Assembly (NCBI GenBank): GCA_964304625.1
Contig: OZ199838.1
Coordinates: forward strand, 8,267,550 to 8,331,549
DNA length: 64,000 bases
DNA from: Kudoa neothunni
Taxonomy: Eukaryota; Animalia; Cnidaria
Direction of reading: 5' to 3'
Shown: positions 13,829 through 27,681 of the stretch, one piece after another
Position numbering within the stretch: the stretch's first letter is position 1
Layout: the number at the start of each line of letters is the position of its first letter
The notes under the pieces: generated by a model
Databases searched by the model: none
Told to the model about the DNA's origin: nothing
Seen by the model: the letters and a program-made list of their open reading frames with translations, nothing else
Position numbers and translations under genes: made by a program

Positions 13829-14234
13829 TATTGTAGTGGCAAGAGCTCTGGGTAACCGTCAGCTAATCTTGTGACTGAATTTTAGATTATTTTACGTTTT
13901 AATTTCTTACACTGTTGTTCAGAATAATGCTAATTTTAAATTATTTTTGAACAAGATGCGAAGCGTGCCAAAATTTTTATTATTTTTGTTTGTAACTTAT
14001 TTTAATCAACCACATTATTACTCTCTAAGCTGCAGAATTATTAATTAGTTTTGTTTTTGAGATAAGAGATAAATATATTGCTACTGAAAATATGATGAAT
14101 AAGACGCTGTAATTCACTGAGGAATTGTATATACAATGGAGCTTTCAAGGGCGAATTTTTATCGTTTAATCTTTTCTCAAATCTCTTTAACTTGGTATCT
14201 TACAAAGTAACATCCGGATCCATATAATACTACA
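13829..14234. mobile_element. Candidate decayed solo LTR
   Basis: Termini TATTGTAG...TACTACA flanked by the direct repeat CCTAA (13824-13828 and 14235-14239). Confidence 0.35.
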
Positions 14235-14659
14235 CCTAAGTGATTGTCTCCGGCCTAAATTTCCGAAAAAATTGTTTTGTGTGTAGTGTGTAATATTCTG
14301 ACAGTAGAACCTAAAGTGCGCGGGAATAATCGAATCCATCATACTAAGTTGGTTATTATCCCTGATCTGAAAATTGTAATAAAATATTGTTCACTTCATA
14401 TTTATGTGATAATACGAATTATTTTGCATATAAAAGCTATCAACTTATTTTGATCGTTCATGATAGCTCAATTACCCATTAATGGTTTCTATTAGCAAAA
14501 TATCTATTGGCCTCTATATATTTAGCCATTATGTGTAGTTTCGCGCATAATTGCAATTTCTTGTCTCTAAGAGGGTAGCGAAGAGCTAGTAATATCTAGA
14601 TTTGAAAGAATCGGCTGAATCACACAGCATATGTAATGTACAGATAGGAAATTTAATTA

Positions 14660-15055
14660 CAGTAAGAAACCAAATCCACAATTGCGTGCGCAATTCTTCT
14701 AACAAAGATTGACATTTAATAATGGTTAAGTTGCGTTTAAAAAGACCAGTTAACTATATATTAATTAAAAAAAATTAAAGCTCGAAAAAATTGTTAATAG
14801 CATAAAAATATTTTTCAACGATCTATGAAATACTCTTCTTGTTGCTATCGGTAGAATAAGGCAGTTTCGTCTACATTCTAAATAAAATTTTCAGAGTATC
14901 TTTTAAAAAATGTTATGATTGGTTTGGTCTACTATGAAGTAGTTTCTGGTGTAGCATCAGCAGATTGATTAGCTAATAAAATTCGATTTTTTAATGTTGG
15001 ACCTTTTTTTTTAAACAACGAAATCCTCAACGAATTGCACATGAAAGTAAACCAT
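14660..15055 (-). mobile_element. pogo/Tigger fragment, paralogue of 40268-41782
   Basis: TA-CAGTAAGAAACCAA terminus. The reverse strand encodes NVDETALFY and aligns to 40830-40905 plus 41414-41700. Confidence 0.75.
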
Positions 15056-15063
15056 TTGGCACT

Positions 15064-15365
15064 GGTGACAACTTGTGGACACGGATTAAGGAGCTTAGGA
15101 GATTACGCAGCTTTTAATCGCACGAATATGAGTTTTGACTTGATTTCATCGATAACGGCATCAGAAGACGCTAGCATAGAATTTTTGAAGAACAGAAATA
15201 TTCTCAAACAAAACCCATCATTATATGTAACTTGTAGTAGAGAGATGAGCATTATTAAGTATGGTAGCTCCAAAATATATAGGTGCCCATCTCATAAGAA
15301 TATTAAAATGTTACTTAAAAAGGCACTTTCCCGGAGAACTCCAATTTAAGTTTTCAAGATTTTAT
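15064..15365 (+). mobile_element. Merlin/IS1595-like transposon 5' fragment
   Basis: GGTGACAAC start. Peptide SIEFLKNRNILKQ..CSREM..KIYRCPSH..GTFPENSNL resembles the Merlin N-terminal zinc-ribbon region. It truncates the adjacent pogo fragment. Confidence 0.55.
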
Positions 15366-16079
15366 AGACATGCGCGGCTGACCTTGCATATAGGGTCCCC
15401 TAATCCGCCGTCGCACATATAGGATTAAAATAATTAAAAATATTCAAAACTAACGACAATTGAATTATTTATCCTGTAAATAGCCATTTTAAGTACTATT
15501 ATTAGGCTACACCATCAAAAGATAAACGACGTATAAAAAAGGAGACAGAGAATAGTTTTATAAATAGCTGTTAAAAACTTATTCCTAAAAACATTTTAAG
15601 AATTTTTTCCCAATCCATATTTAATTTAATAGCCCTGAATAACATGATTTCTTAGAAATCCGGAAGTACGTCACAAACCCATAATGCAAAAATTCCTATC
15701 ATCAAATTTTGATGATATTTAATTATCTCCGGTTGAGAACCCCTGCTCTAGATAATTATATTAAAGCTAAAATATTCACCCCTATTTATGTATTTAATGA
15801 TAAAAATATATTGCGACCGTTTTATGCTGATAAAAAACAGTTGAAATTTCAGAAACGTTTTCTTCTGTATTATAAGCCCTTCGATACATACCCAACGCAA
15901 TTGGCCACCGCATGTGCCTGTAATTTATATTCATTTAGCGTGACTGCAAAGTAGCTCCAGCTCGGATTATTGAGGATTAATTTATTAAGTAAAGTGTGAT
16001 TTTCTAAATGTTATGTCGATAGAATTTTGCAATAATTTAAGGATCACATTTCCATCATTATTTAATCAGATTAAGCCAA

Positions 16080-16144
16080 AAAACCTGGGGTCCCACAGAC
16101 CCCAAGTTAGTAGGTGTGTGCTCGCTTTTCGGTCTGTTAGTGGG
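16080..16144. mobile_element. Isolated piggyBac-type end
   Basis: Imperfect palindrome TGGGGTCCCACAGACCCCA, then ...GTGGG followed by TTAA (16145-16148). Partner end not found. Confidence 0.5.
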
Positions 16145-16529
16145 TTAAAAACAAAAAGAATTCATTAAAAAGTTAACAAAATTGAATATAAATAAACATA
16201 GACAAAATGTGAAGTTTAATTTAGGTTATTTTACAATTTTTTCAATAACATCGAGTTTTCTTGGTATCGGTGCATCATCAAACAAAATTAACTTATTATA
16301 CATAATTTTTAAAAATATATTTCAAAAACAAACCAGTAACCAAATTTAAAGGAAACTTATGAGTCAATATGAAGGCATCATTCAAATATTATAAAAAGGG
16401 CCTTAAGTATTACATCGGTAATAATGAGCTTACAGAAATACAAAAATATAAGAATATTTGGAAAATTGTTAATTCTACTCCAATAAAATAATGTTTTTAT
16501 TTGAAATTTCCATTTTATCAAACATCCCG

Positions 16530-17441
16530 TCAGAGCTGATTGCCGAGTGTACTGATCACATCCAGAAGGGCTTGAGGAGAAGGTTGCGAACAAACTAACG
16601 GTTTCTTGGCAGGTAAATGACTAATGATAGTGGTTTGGGTTTGCTTCCCGATGGCAATAAAGGTTGATTTTTCGAATTCAAGGCTGTACTCGATAACACG
16701 AATAGAGTTTTTAAAGCATGAAGGACTAAAGAACACCACGAAAAAATGTACCCCCTGTGACAACCAAGGAGCTACTTTGTCTCGGAATCGAGACTCAAAA
16801 TCTAATTTTGGAATTGTTCTCATAGAAAAAAATAGATAAAACTGCTCAATCGCAAAATTAAATACTTGTATATAACACATGGATTGCATGGTACACCTAC
16901 TCGGGAGAGCATCTTGGGAAGATTATCAACTGCCAAATCGCCACAAGGGAAAAAAACCTCAAGTTTTTTATTTTCATTTTTATTCTCCATAAAACCTTTT
17001 AGAATGCATTCATAAATCAGTCCATGTACATTGTGATCATTAGTTGGGATAATTGTTTTATCGGGATATGGCATAATATTTACTGAAGCAGGTCCTACCT
17101 TAATAAAATTATGTTTAGGAGGATAGAAACAACGTTTGAAGCAATACTGCATAAAATTTTTTTCTATTCCACATTTCGATGGCCGGATTTTGTTTATTTT
17201 CATCGAATACATTTCTAACAGCTTTTCCAGCTCTAGGACTAGTGGCAACGAGTGCCCAATAACGATCAGGGTGGTTAAGGATCTGTTCATTGAGTAATGT
17301 CTGATTTATATATACAAAGTCTATAGGAGCAATGATGACGCTTGGGATTTGATTTGTGGATAAAAATGAGGTATACTCATCCAATGCATCGTTGTCAGAA
17401 TCGGTTGACTTTATAAGTAGTACAACCAATGAAGTCGCCAT
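16530..17441 (-). CDS. UROS: Uroporphyrinogen-III synthase, 3 exons
   Basis: Motifs YWALVATSPRA, FYA|VGPAS, VFFPCGDL, VVFFSPS, FIAIGKQT and PSPQAL. Two short GT-AG introns join ORFs 17115-17462, 16820-17290 and 16530-16889. Confidence 0.88.
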
Positions 17442-17777
17442 TCTTTTCCGCCAATTACCCAATCCGATTAAACTCTTTTTTCAGTCAAATAATACACTAT
17501 GTTACTGCGGGTAATATAACTCTTTACAGAAAAAACAAATAATATCGATTAAGATATTTTACAGTCACTAAAGCAAACGTGCGTTTAAACAATCGACTGC
17601 ACAAGGAATACGCCAGTTATTTAAACTTTAACACAATTTTGAAGATGATAAACTTATGCAAGCTGAAGAAACGAATGCGTTGTACGTTGACTTTGAAATC
17701 GTTCAAACACTCATTCCAAATATCATCTGCCGACCTAACGGTGTGATCTTTAGTTTGCGCAGCCTCAGACTTTAATT

Positions 17778-20700
17778 ATGGACGTTGTAGGAGGAAACTC
17801 ACAAGAAATTAACAGCAACTGTCTAAAAATAATACCACTGTAAGAGTTGGAATATTTTAAACTCCATAAATAACATGGTTTAGTGGGTCAGGTCAAGAGG
17901 TCGGTAGATCATGCATAATTGTTGAATACCGCCACAAAAAAATCATGGTAACTCTGATGGATCAGTTCACTGTTTACATCTTACCTAGTTGGATTGCGGC
18001 ATACATCCTGGTCTTAATGGTGTAGCTTCTTTGCCATATTTAGATCAAATTGATCCTAGCGAAATTGACTTGATTCTTATAACTCAGTAAAAATTTTATA
18101 TTTTAAAGACAAAATAATTATTTTAATAAGTTTTCACATGGATCATTGTGGTTCGTTGCCATGGTTTTTAGCAAAGGTATTTTGATTGTTGAAACAATGA
18201 AATGCTGAGCTTTTTAGACTAATTTCAAAGGTCGTGTATTTATGACCCATGCAACCAAAGCTATTTATAAGTATATTCAGTGGAAGAAAGTGAAAGGTGT
18301 TTATTATTTCATTTTTAGGTGGCTACTATCTGACTATATTAGAATTATGTAACATTGAATAATGGTTTAAAATCATCATGGTTGTTGTAGGTGCTCTAGT
18401 TCTAATGATATATTGTATGGAGAAAAAGAATTGGACGAAAGTATGGATCGGATCGAGACTATTCATTATCATCAGGAACATGAGGTTTCTGACATACGTT
18501 TTACATGTTATCATGCTGGACATGTGTTGGGTGCAGCTATGTTCAGATTTGATATTGCTGGTGTGCAGGTATCAAATGTTGTTGTGAAATCTTCTGTTTA
18601 ACATCAACCGATGTGATATAGATTTTATATACAGGTGATTTTTCTTGCCAAGAAGACCGCCATCTGGCTGCTGCTGAAATTCCTCCAGTCGTACCGGATC
18701 TTCTAATTATGGTAAGTTGATATTTTTGTGTTATTATGAAATTGTTTTATAGGAATCAACATATGGGATTCATCTTCATGAGGATCGTGAAACAAGGGAA
18801 CACAGATTTACTTGTGATTACCTCAGGATGATATTGCTTTGAATAAATGTGTTCTTTTGAATTTAGCATTTGTTCAAGATATTGTGCTTGTCGATCCATC
18901 AACAGGTGGTGGTAAATGCCTTATTCCAGTATTTTCGTTGGGTAGAGCTCAAGAATTGCTGCTTATTCTTGGTATAACCATTACATTAATGATCAGTTGT
19001 TCTAATCAAACAATAGATGAATTTTGGATTCAAAATCCACAACTTCACCACATCCCAATTTATTATGCTTCAAATCTTGCCAAGAAATGCATGAACGGTA
19101 TAATATTCTATTGAGATGCGTGTATGCAATTCTATCGCGTGTGTTTCTAGTGTATCAAACGTATATAACCTCGATGAATGATCGAATTAAAAAACAGGTT
19201 CATAATCTCGACACTACATTTTGTCAATATTAGTTCATATAGTTGGTTTCAACTGGAAATCCTTTCAATTTTAGACATGTCCATTTTCTGAAGGTATAAT
19301 ATTTTCGCATTATTTCACTCAGATTATTGCCGTTGTTTAGTCTTTGGATGATTTTGATGACAGCAGACCGTGTGTGGTGTTGGCTAGTCCAGGAATGCTT
19401 CAAGTTTGCTCGCATAATTTTATGCTATTTGTGGGAAACTCACGGATGATTTAGAATGGCATATCTCGAAATCTTTGCGAGATGTGGTGTTCAAATCCCA
19501 ATAATGGGATTATGCTGGCTGGCTATTCAGTCGATGGAACCCTCGCAAGAGAACTAGCCTCCGAACCGGAACACATCCTTTCTCTTTCTGGGAAGCTAAT
19601 TCCGAGGAAATGCAAAATTGGTATTTTCATTTACTAATTGCCCTAAATAAGTACCTTAAATTTTCCGAATGGAAAAAGATTAATTCCCCTTATAATTCAA
19701 ATTAGCACTCAATTGTCGAGATGTAGATGCAAACAAACGCCATTCGCAGCTCGTATCTTTTTTAATAAATGAGAAATTAAATAAATTCGTTAATAGAATT
19801 ACGTATGAAGTTCATTTAAGTATATATATTGGGTTTGATGGGTATTTAGGGTTTTATAGTAGGTGCGAGTCTGATTTTGAATTTGGAAATCGCTTAATTA
19901 GTAAATTTAGAATTTATAAAATTAATTCAATAAAAATTGTTATCAAACTTTTCTCAAACAATGTTTATCATACTTTGATTTGTATGATCTAAACAAATAT
20001 GTGAAGCATAAAAATCCTTATTTATTCTTGGGGGTTAAATTTCCAAGTTACTTAAAAGTTAAACTTGTTAAATAAAATTTTAATCGTTAGAATATATTAA
20101 AGAATATTTCTTATAATAACAGCAACCTACTAGAAATTATAAACAACATTGTTATTGGTATGCAAATACTAGATATCTTATTTAAAAACAATTGTTTTTT
20201 ATGTTAGGTTTACTCTAAATTAGACTGAAATTCTGAAGTTTATTAAAGTATGATGAATAATTCATACAAGTTTAACCTTAATTTGCGCGCATGAATATAT
20301 AACACCCGTTTTTACTCATCTCCTTATTTATCGACTTCATACGCATTTATTTTGTAAAATCTGCTGCAGTAGATGACCACGTTTATAAAATCTCTTCAGG
20401 ATGGAAATAATAAATATAACTCATTACTTAACTAATTCTACTTGGTTCATACGCGCGCTCATTTAAAATTTGATTTTTGTTGTTATTGCTCTCTGGATAT
20501 AATTTGGGGAAAATAATTCATTTAAAAACAATAAATCTTAAAGAAAAATATAATTTGTCACTTTTATATATTTTAACACTCTTTAAAATCTAAAATGTTT
20601 ACGCAGTTTTTATTTGTTGCTACATAACTTATTCGTTAATTACATACAAAGTTTAAATCTATGCCGCGTTGTTGCTGGCTAATTAAAACAAAATTATTAA

Positions 20701-23700
20701 TTTGATAGATATAGTGGGCAGCATGATTTTCGCATATTTTTTTGAGTTATCCAATTAGAAATGACAACTGAATAAACGGAGGCGATTCTCCAGGAAAATT
20801 TATTATTGTTATATTGTATCTTTTTAAATAAATGAAAGAAATCGATTAAATGCGATGATATTTCTTCTTTTTATTTGATTTCATTTATTTAATATTTACG
20901 CAACGCATAATTTTTCAGGCCACTTTTATCGAATTCGACTATAAATGTGTTAATCCGCGGAAACCAATATTTCCACGGATTAACCCTCGGAAGACGAAAC
21001 TCGAAAAACTTACGCGTGTGCCAAAAGGGGACCTAAGGTACCCCAGCGATGTTTCAACTTAATTCGCGAGCAGGAATAAAAAATTTGTTTTGTGTGATTA
21101 TTATTTAATTTAAAATAAAAGTAACAGCCAAAAATGGAAAATTATTTAACCGTCTAGGAAAAAAAATACAAGCAATTCGTAACCATCACTTTTAAGAAAA
21201 AAAGCGAGAATGAACAAGAACTTCCTCAAAAATATAGGTTATGCTTGTATAAAGCTATCAATTAATGGTTGGAAAACTCGAGATTGATTTTCAAGTGAAT
21301 TTGTCATCTGAAAGGAACAACCAACAAAACCGCCGCAACAAAGATATCCAAAAGTTTTCGTTAATCTCAATTTGTGATCGTGGTATTAAAGGTAGAAATA
21401 TTTCCTTCCCTTTATCCTTCCGAGCGCGTTTGGGGTCTATTATTCCCCAAGCCATATTAAAGATTAGTTTTTTTCCCTCCCAATTATCTAAATTGTCTAA
21501 ACTCGGTCTATTCTTATAAAATTTCTTACATTGTGTGTCCGCCAAATAAGTTCTGAATTATCATTAATGAATGAAAAATGAAATGAAATGAAAATTATAC
21601 ACTTGGTACTTTTGGGGTCTAATACACCCCACAATTTTATTATATAATTTTATGTATAAAATTATAATAAAATGGAATCGATAATATTAGCAAAATCTAT
21701 CGGCGAAATAAAGAGAAAAATGAGATATACTTGCCAGTGAGTATATACGATTATACACGAATCGCGCTTATTACGAACATTTGTCTTCATGGAGGCCTTT
21801 AACGAAATATATTCCGCAAATTATAATTCCGACTTCAGTAAAATCATCGATTCCTCCGATTTTATTGATTCTGCCAATGATTTAACTGAATCTGATGATA
21901 ATAACCTGATCTGGGCTACAGAAGCTCTAAAAACCTCTTAAACACTGAAAGAAATCTTTTTAAGCAAGGTCTCTGGTCTTAAGAATGTTGCACCTCAGAG
22001 AATCCTTCATAGAACGGATTTTTTGACATATTTTTGTATGGCAATTTTTTCAGAAATGTTGCGTGTAATGTCAATGTGTTCGACTTTCACTATTATAATC
22101 ATTGCTGCAAAGAGCTTTCAGCTATTGAAAATGGTTCTTACCATGGTTAGAATACTTAGAGCTAATAAGAGGAATGTTCCGCATATAATGAAAAAAAATA
22201 AAACAAGGGAGTCATTTAGCACACTTTTTCTTCTCAATATAAAGAAAATTCTAGCTTCTTATGTCATTAAAATAATGCTTTGTTAATTTTAGCCAATTCA
22301 ACAGTTTATACAAATATATTGAATGATGGAAGAAGAAGCCAGGTAGCACCAATTATTATAACAAAATTAGATGAGCAATTGTTATGATTGATCATATTTT
22401 CACTTCCACCAACTTACAAAAATATTACATACGCAGGCTAGGAGTTATTTTATATAATATCGACATAAATCTCTTAAACGCGTTTTGCTGATACAAAATC
22501 ATATTTAATGATGGAAAAATCAAAAGTGCCTAATGTTTAGAGAATCTAGCCAGCACATTCCGTTCCTTCAGCAGTTCCTTGGTGCTAAATTTTCAACTAA
22601 ACCAAGAGCAGAAAATCTAAATAAAACCAAGATTGTTCCAAGAAATCCCGTAAACAATGTGCTGTAAGCCCATGAAACAGTGATCGTAAGACGATGCATA
22701 TGTGTCGTATGTAAGAAACATTGCTGCGAAGAACATATCGAATGTGCTTGTTTTAACAGTTCATTGGTCAAAAATAAATGTCTGGATTACATTATAATTT
22801 TCATATTTTTGGGGATGAGATTTCTGTTTTGACGTACATAATAAATTGTTGATTAGAGGCAGAGCATCGATTTTATTGTAGATCTGATATAAATTAAGAT
22901 ACTATCGTTCCTTTAAACTCACAGACAATAACAGGGAAAGTTACAGAAAGAAAAATTTAACTTTTGCATTGATTTATGCGTTCAAGTTGGACGTTGGAGA
23001 CCTTGTTAATTCATTTTGTTGATAACCATTTTGCTGTACCGTAAAGTTGTACTCTAATCCTTTATATATATATAAGAGGACTGTCGGTATATTTGTTTGT
23101 GTGTGTATGCCCCTAAGTACGCATGTGCGGATAATTTTTTCCTTATAGAGAGCCATATATAAAATTTTTATAAATTTGTGATATTTAAAAAGTCGTTTAA
23201 TTGTTTTCGGACGACCAAAGTTTCCAAAAAGTATTTATGAAATAGTGATTTTGTCGATTTAAAGTTTGTTTATCGGATTACATGAGTTCATCTATTAGAT
23301 TAGCGCTTGCTTATGTCATGGTGATGGTCGGTTGAAGTTAACTATCTCCCTTGTATGCTCCATCATATGTTCATTAACTGCTTCTATCTATCTTTATGTA
23401 TAAGATTGGTGTTTCTATTTTGGTGTCTGTTTTAACACGTTCCTTATTTGTGGAGTTTTAACGTATATGACTTGATAAGTATATTTTATAAGTTCTATTA
23501 ATGATTTTCAATGCGATAAAAAATTTATATATGTTTCATATATAACGAATTCGTGGAGAATGTTAAAGTTACATTGACTGAAGCGCTATAATGGAAATAC
23601 TGCGTTCATAGGTTTCATTAAATCGTCCGCTAAGCTTTACTTTACGTGGTTAAATTCAATGCGGATGGTTGTACTTTTATTTCACCAGATTATTTAAACT

Positions 23701-26700
23701 GTTTATGTTGAAGTCGGCGCGATTTGTGGCTGTTTATGATAAAAAGCGCATGAATGTTTATGCCGAGCTAAACGATGCTAATTTTTGCAATATCGATTAA
23801 TTTTCATGAGTTTTCTTCTCTCTTTTATTTTTTCTATTTTTTATCTTTAAAAAGTTAGTGGTGCACCCAGTTACCGAGCCGGGACATAATTCGACTTTTA
23901 AAAATCCTCCGGGTCAAAAAATAACGTTTTAGATAACACCTTAACGGGATTTAAATAATTCGGAATGAAAGAAATACAACGCTGACCTTAACTTGTTTAG
24001 CGTTGATGCCGGGCCACGAAATTTTTAAATGGACGTAGGGATTGATACTTTCCTTCACAGGAATTATCATAATTTAAATTGCATAATCCAAATCGTTATA
24101 ATAAGTTGCTTAAAATTTGTTTAATTATTTTGTTTGTATGGGTTAATTCGAGATTTCAATATATTTTTTGAATGCTATTAAAAAATGCCTCTAGGCGAAA
24201 TCTTCCCCAAGCAACGCTGGGCAGTTCGCGCTGGTTAATTATATACGAGATAATTTATAAAGCATTATTTCAAATATTCTTAAAGTTAATATCAAATAAT
24301 ATTTCGTAAAAATTTATTTTACAAACATATAAAACCCTTAACGTTGTTCGGGTGGCATGGGGAAACTTTTCCGATCATGTTTTTTGCAAATATTGTGCGA
24401 TTTTGTCAATAGAATTATTTTGTTTTTGCATGATGAAGTTTTAAAAATTATTTAAATTCATAATACTAAATAAAAAAGTGGTGTCTAATAGACCCCAAAA
24501 GCATTAAGTTTCTAGTCAATTTTTAAGCGCTCGGAAGGTAAACAACTACAATAATGGATCGGTCATACATAATCCCCTTGAGGATGAGGAAATTGTATGT
24601 ATTACCGGTCCCGTCTGGATAGTACATCCTTCTGTGCGCGTGCGCATGAGTATTAAAACACAAAACTAGCTATGACTTAAATATTAATGAAAAGAAAATT
24701 ATTTTTGTTGTTCAAATCACGATTTAAAATTGAATAAACATCTGGAATAGAATCAGACATTAACCCCCACTTTTTTGAACCACGATGTTTAAAATAATTG
24801 CCGAGCCCTTCTAAATAAAATAAGACCATCTCTGAAAGATCCAATTTTTTATCAATAAAATAATCTCCCTTTCTAAATTATTGGGGAGGAGCTGTCATTG
24901 CGCCATTGTTATTTCTAAGAATTAGAGAGACATAATTATAAACCACATTACTATAATCTACAACATGTGTCTATGTTTACCCTTCATTTTTAATTAGCTG
25001 CCACATTGATGTAACTAGAAAAACTTACTGATTGTTTAATTGTGGTAAAAAAGAGAAAACGCTCAATTTGATCACGCGGTCAAAGCAAATGGTACGTATG
25101 ACCGATTCTCACGTGACTTTTCATTTTTCGTTTTCTCCTACTAATTATGCTAATAAATTATTTAAAGTGAATAATAATAACATTAAATCATTTTAAATAC
25201 GAGATAACCTTCTATGTGTAAAATAACTAATGTACGTACGACCGGTATATTACTGTATTACCAAGAGCGCTCGTGGCTTACAATAATCTCAGGATAATCT
25301 CAAAAATTTTCGGATTCTTCCGGTAGAAGATAAAATCAAAACTTAGTCGTACTCTTACTGCTTTTATTCATTTAAAAATTAATTTTTAATCATCAATTTT
25401 TAGTTAAAATTAAATAAATAATAAATATAAGAGATTCAAAGGCCTTTAAACACTAAATACCACTGGTTAGGTTTCGAAAAAGTAGTCTATTATTTTATAT
25501 CTTTAAGGAAAAATTTTTTTGTTGATTTGATTTAAATTTTATTTGATAAGAAAAGATTACATGGAAAAATCTGGAGAAAATAAAAAGGTAAAGATAGAAA
25601 TTCTGAAGAATAAAATAATCGGGGTTCCTAAAATATCCCGACCGTCCAGTAGGGGTTAAATTCTAGGAATTACTCATAAAAATCATCAGACAATTCATAT
25701 TCAAAAGTCATGTATAATTATCGTTATTTTTTAAAATTCCATTCCGTACTTTAATTTATAATATGCTAAATTGCGATATAATACTAGTATTCACCTCTCG
25801 CAAAGCTCACAAAGGAGAGCTATTGTATTACAATATCATTTTATATTTATCTGTAATATTATTGTTTTATGTTCAATTCCGTTAACCGTCGAGGATAAAA
25901 AATATCAATCAGTAAACATGGTTCACCCATTGAAACCACTCAAACTGGTTAATCATGTGATTTTTATCGGTATCATTGTCTATCTTATTTTAATTCTGAT
26001 TGCATTGAAATTCGCAAAATTTTTTACACTTAAAACAACACTATTCCTTAATTAATATTTATACCGTAGTGAACTTTAAAAAATTGAATATTTATTACGA
26101 AAAGAAAACTACATTGAATAATCTTAATTTGTTCGATCCACTATACATTACCTTAAAATAAATATATCTCGTTAGCAGATGTAGATTTAATTGTTTTAAA
26201 TTAAATATTTCTCTAATATGTTAATGTGACTAATGCACAAATTTAGGCTATGTATCTTTTTCTGCACATGCAGATTATGGGCAAATACTGAATTTTGTCA
26301 GGCAGTTAACTCCTAAACAAATAGTATGCCTTGAAAATAATGGTGATTGTGTTGAGTTTAACAATCACTGAATAGGTGTTGGTGCACGGTGAAAAGCATG
26401 AAATGTTGCGTATGAAATCTGGACTGGCGCGTGATTGTGCAGATATCAATGTATTTTCCTCTCTTTTTGATGTAATAAATAATTATTTTTTAGCTTGACA
26501 ATGATAATATTTTCACGCCGCCGAATTGCTATCAATTATGTCTCAATTTCAGAGGTGACCATACTATAAAAGTGATTAGATTTTGTTTTGCTATTCACTC
26601 TGAAGCAAAATTGGATAGATCATTGGAGAGCTCACCAATAAATTTCAATGTAATCAGAAAGTCAGCGGAATCCTGGTCAAACATGGGTTTTCTTATCATT

Positions 26701-27614
26701 TGATTGATCCCTCTGAACTATGTGGTAACTTACAAAGGTCACAATAATTTAGCTGGATTTCCACACTAAAATTGTAGAATATACTTCTTTAAATATCACA
26801 CAAGTTTCTCAGCGAATTATTATTCCCTTTAATGGAAATATCACGCTATTACTTCAAAATCTTACCATCCTTAATTCAACGCCCATCAAAATTCCGGGCG
26901 ACTCTAATCAACTACCTCTGATTTTTTCGTTGGTAAATGACACCGTCAATCTTAGCGTATCTAACGAATCAGTTATTGTTGAAGTGAGCATTCGTAGTAA
27001 GTCAGTACACGAAGTAGAAATGTCTTATTTTAGTGGTGCAGTGACAAACTTACCGATATGCATGCTGAGGCTATTATCGCAGTAGTTATAGAAACGACTA
27101 TCTGCCTAGTTCAAAGTATTTTTCGTTATAAAACCACTGTTTCTATTTTGCCACAATATAATCGTGTTAAGTTTATAATTTTAAATATTTTAAGTATTGA
27201 AAAATGGCTCTATTATTTCGTCACATATTAGATCAAATATATCGAGTGAACCACATTTTAACAATACATATAGTAATGTCAGAGTATTGTAATTTTAATT
27301 TAGGACCACCTAAAATCAATGGACCGTCTGACGACAATAAAAAACTTCAAAAACTTCTATCAAACTTTTATGACTGCTCGGATGCATATGCTGAGAATGG
27401 TCAAAGTTATTTTGTAGTCACACATCACGAGTCTCAAACCAATAAAATAACAGCTAAAGTTTTTACGCCATCCATGGTACGTTTATTTTTGTTACGTGAA
27501 AAATTAACGTGATCAATGCTTTAGGAGATTGAATGTGAACACGCTGCTTTAGTCGAGCAATTGAATTTAATATTAAAACATTTCAGATGCGCAGTGAGTC
27601 CATTTTGTTGCTAA
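17778..27614 (+). CDS. CPSF3: Cleavage and polyadenylation specificity factor 73-kDa endonuclease, 23 exons including a 6.6-kb intron
   Basis: [94 protein letters not shown]. Intron 15 spans 19621-26246. Stop TAA at 27612-27614. Confidence 0.95.
21415..24538 (+). mobile_element. Inner piggyBac element with internally deleted transposase
   Basis: TIR CCTTCCGAGCG / CGCTCGGAAGG. Palindromes of the GGGGTCTA(A/T)TAGACCCC type at ~21431, ~21612 and ~24478. Relic C-terminal [14 protein letters not shown] at ~22700. Confidence 0.7.
23058..24234 (+). mobile_element. Non-autonomous Helitron family A, apparently full length
   Basis: 5' A^TCCTTTATATATATATAAG followed by a TG-rich microsatellite. 3' hairpin CCCAAGCAACGCTGGG, then CTGG^T. 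No TSD. Confidence 0.75.
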
Positions 27615-27681
27615 CAGAAATCCGACATCAAATTTGGCATTAAAAGAGAGCTAACATTGTACGTGCTAGTTGTTTATAATT

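Larger units (their letters stand above)
20984..25655. mobile_element. piggyBac-type outer shell inside the CPSF3 intron
   Basis: TTAA|CCCTCGGAAGACG ... CGTCCAGTAGGGG|TTAA. Related palindromes GGGGACCTAAGGTACCCC and GGGGTTCCTAAAATATCCC near the two ends. Confidence 0.65.
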
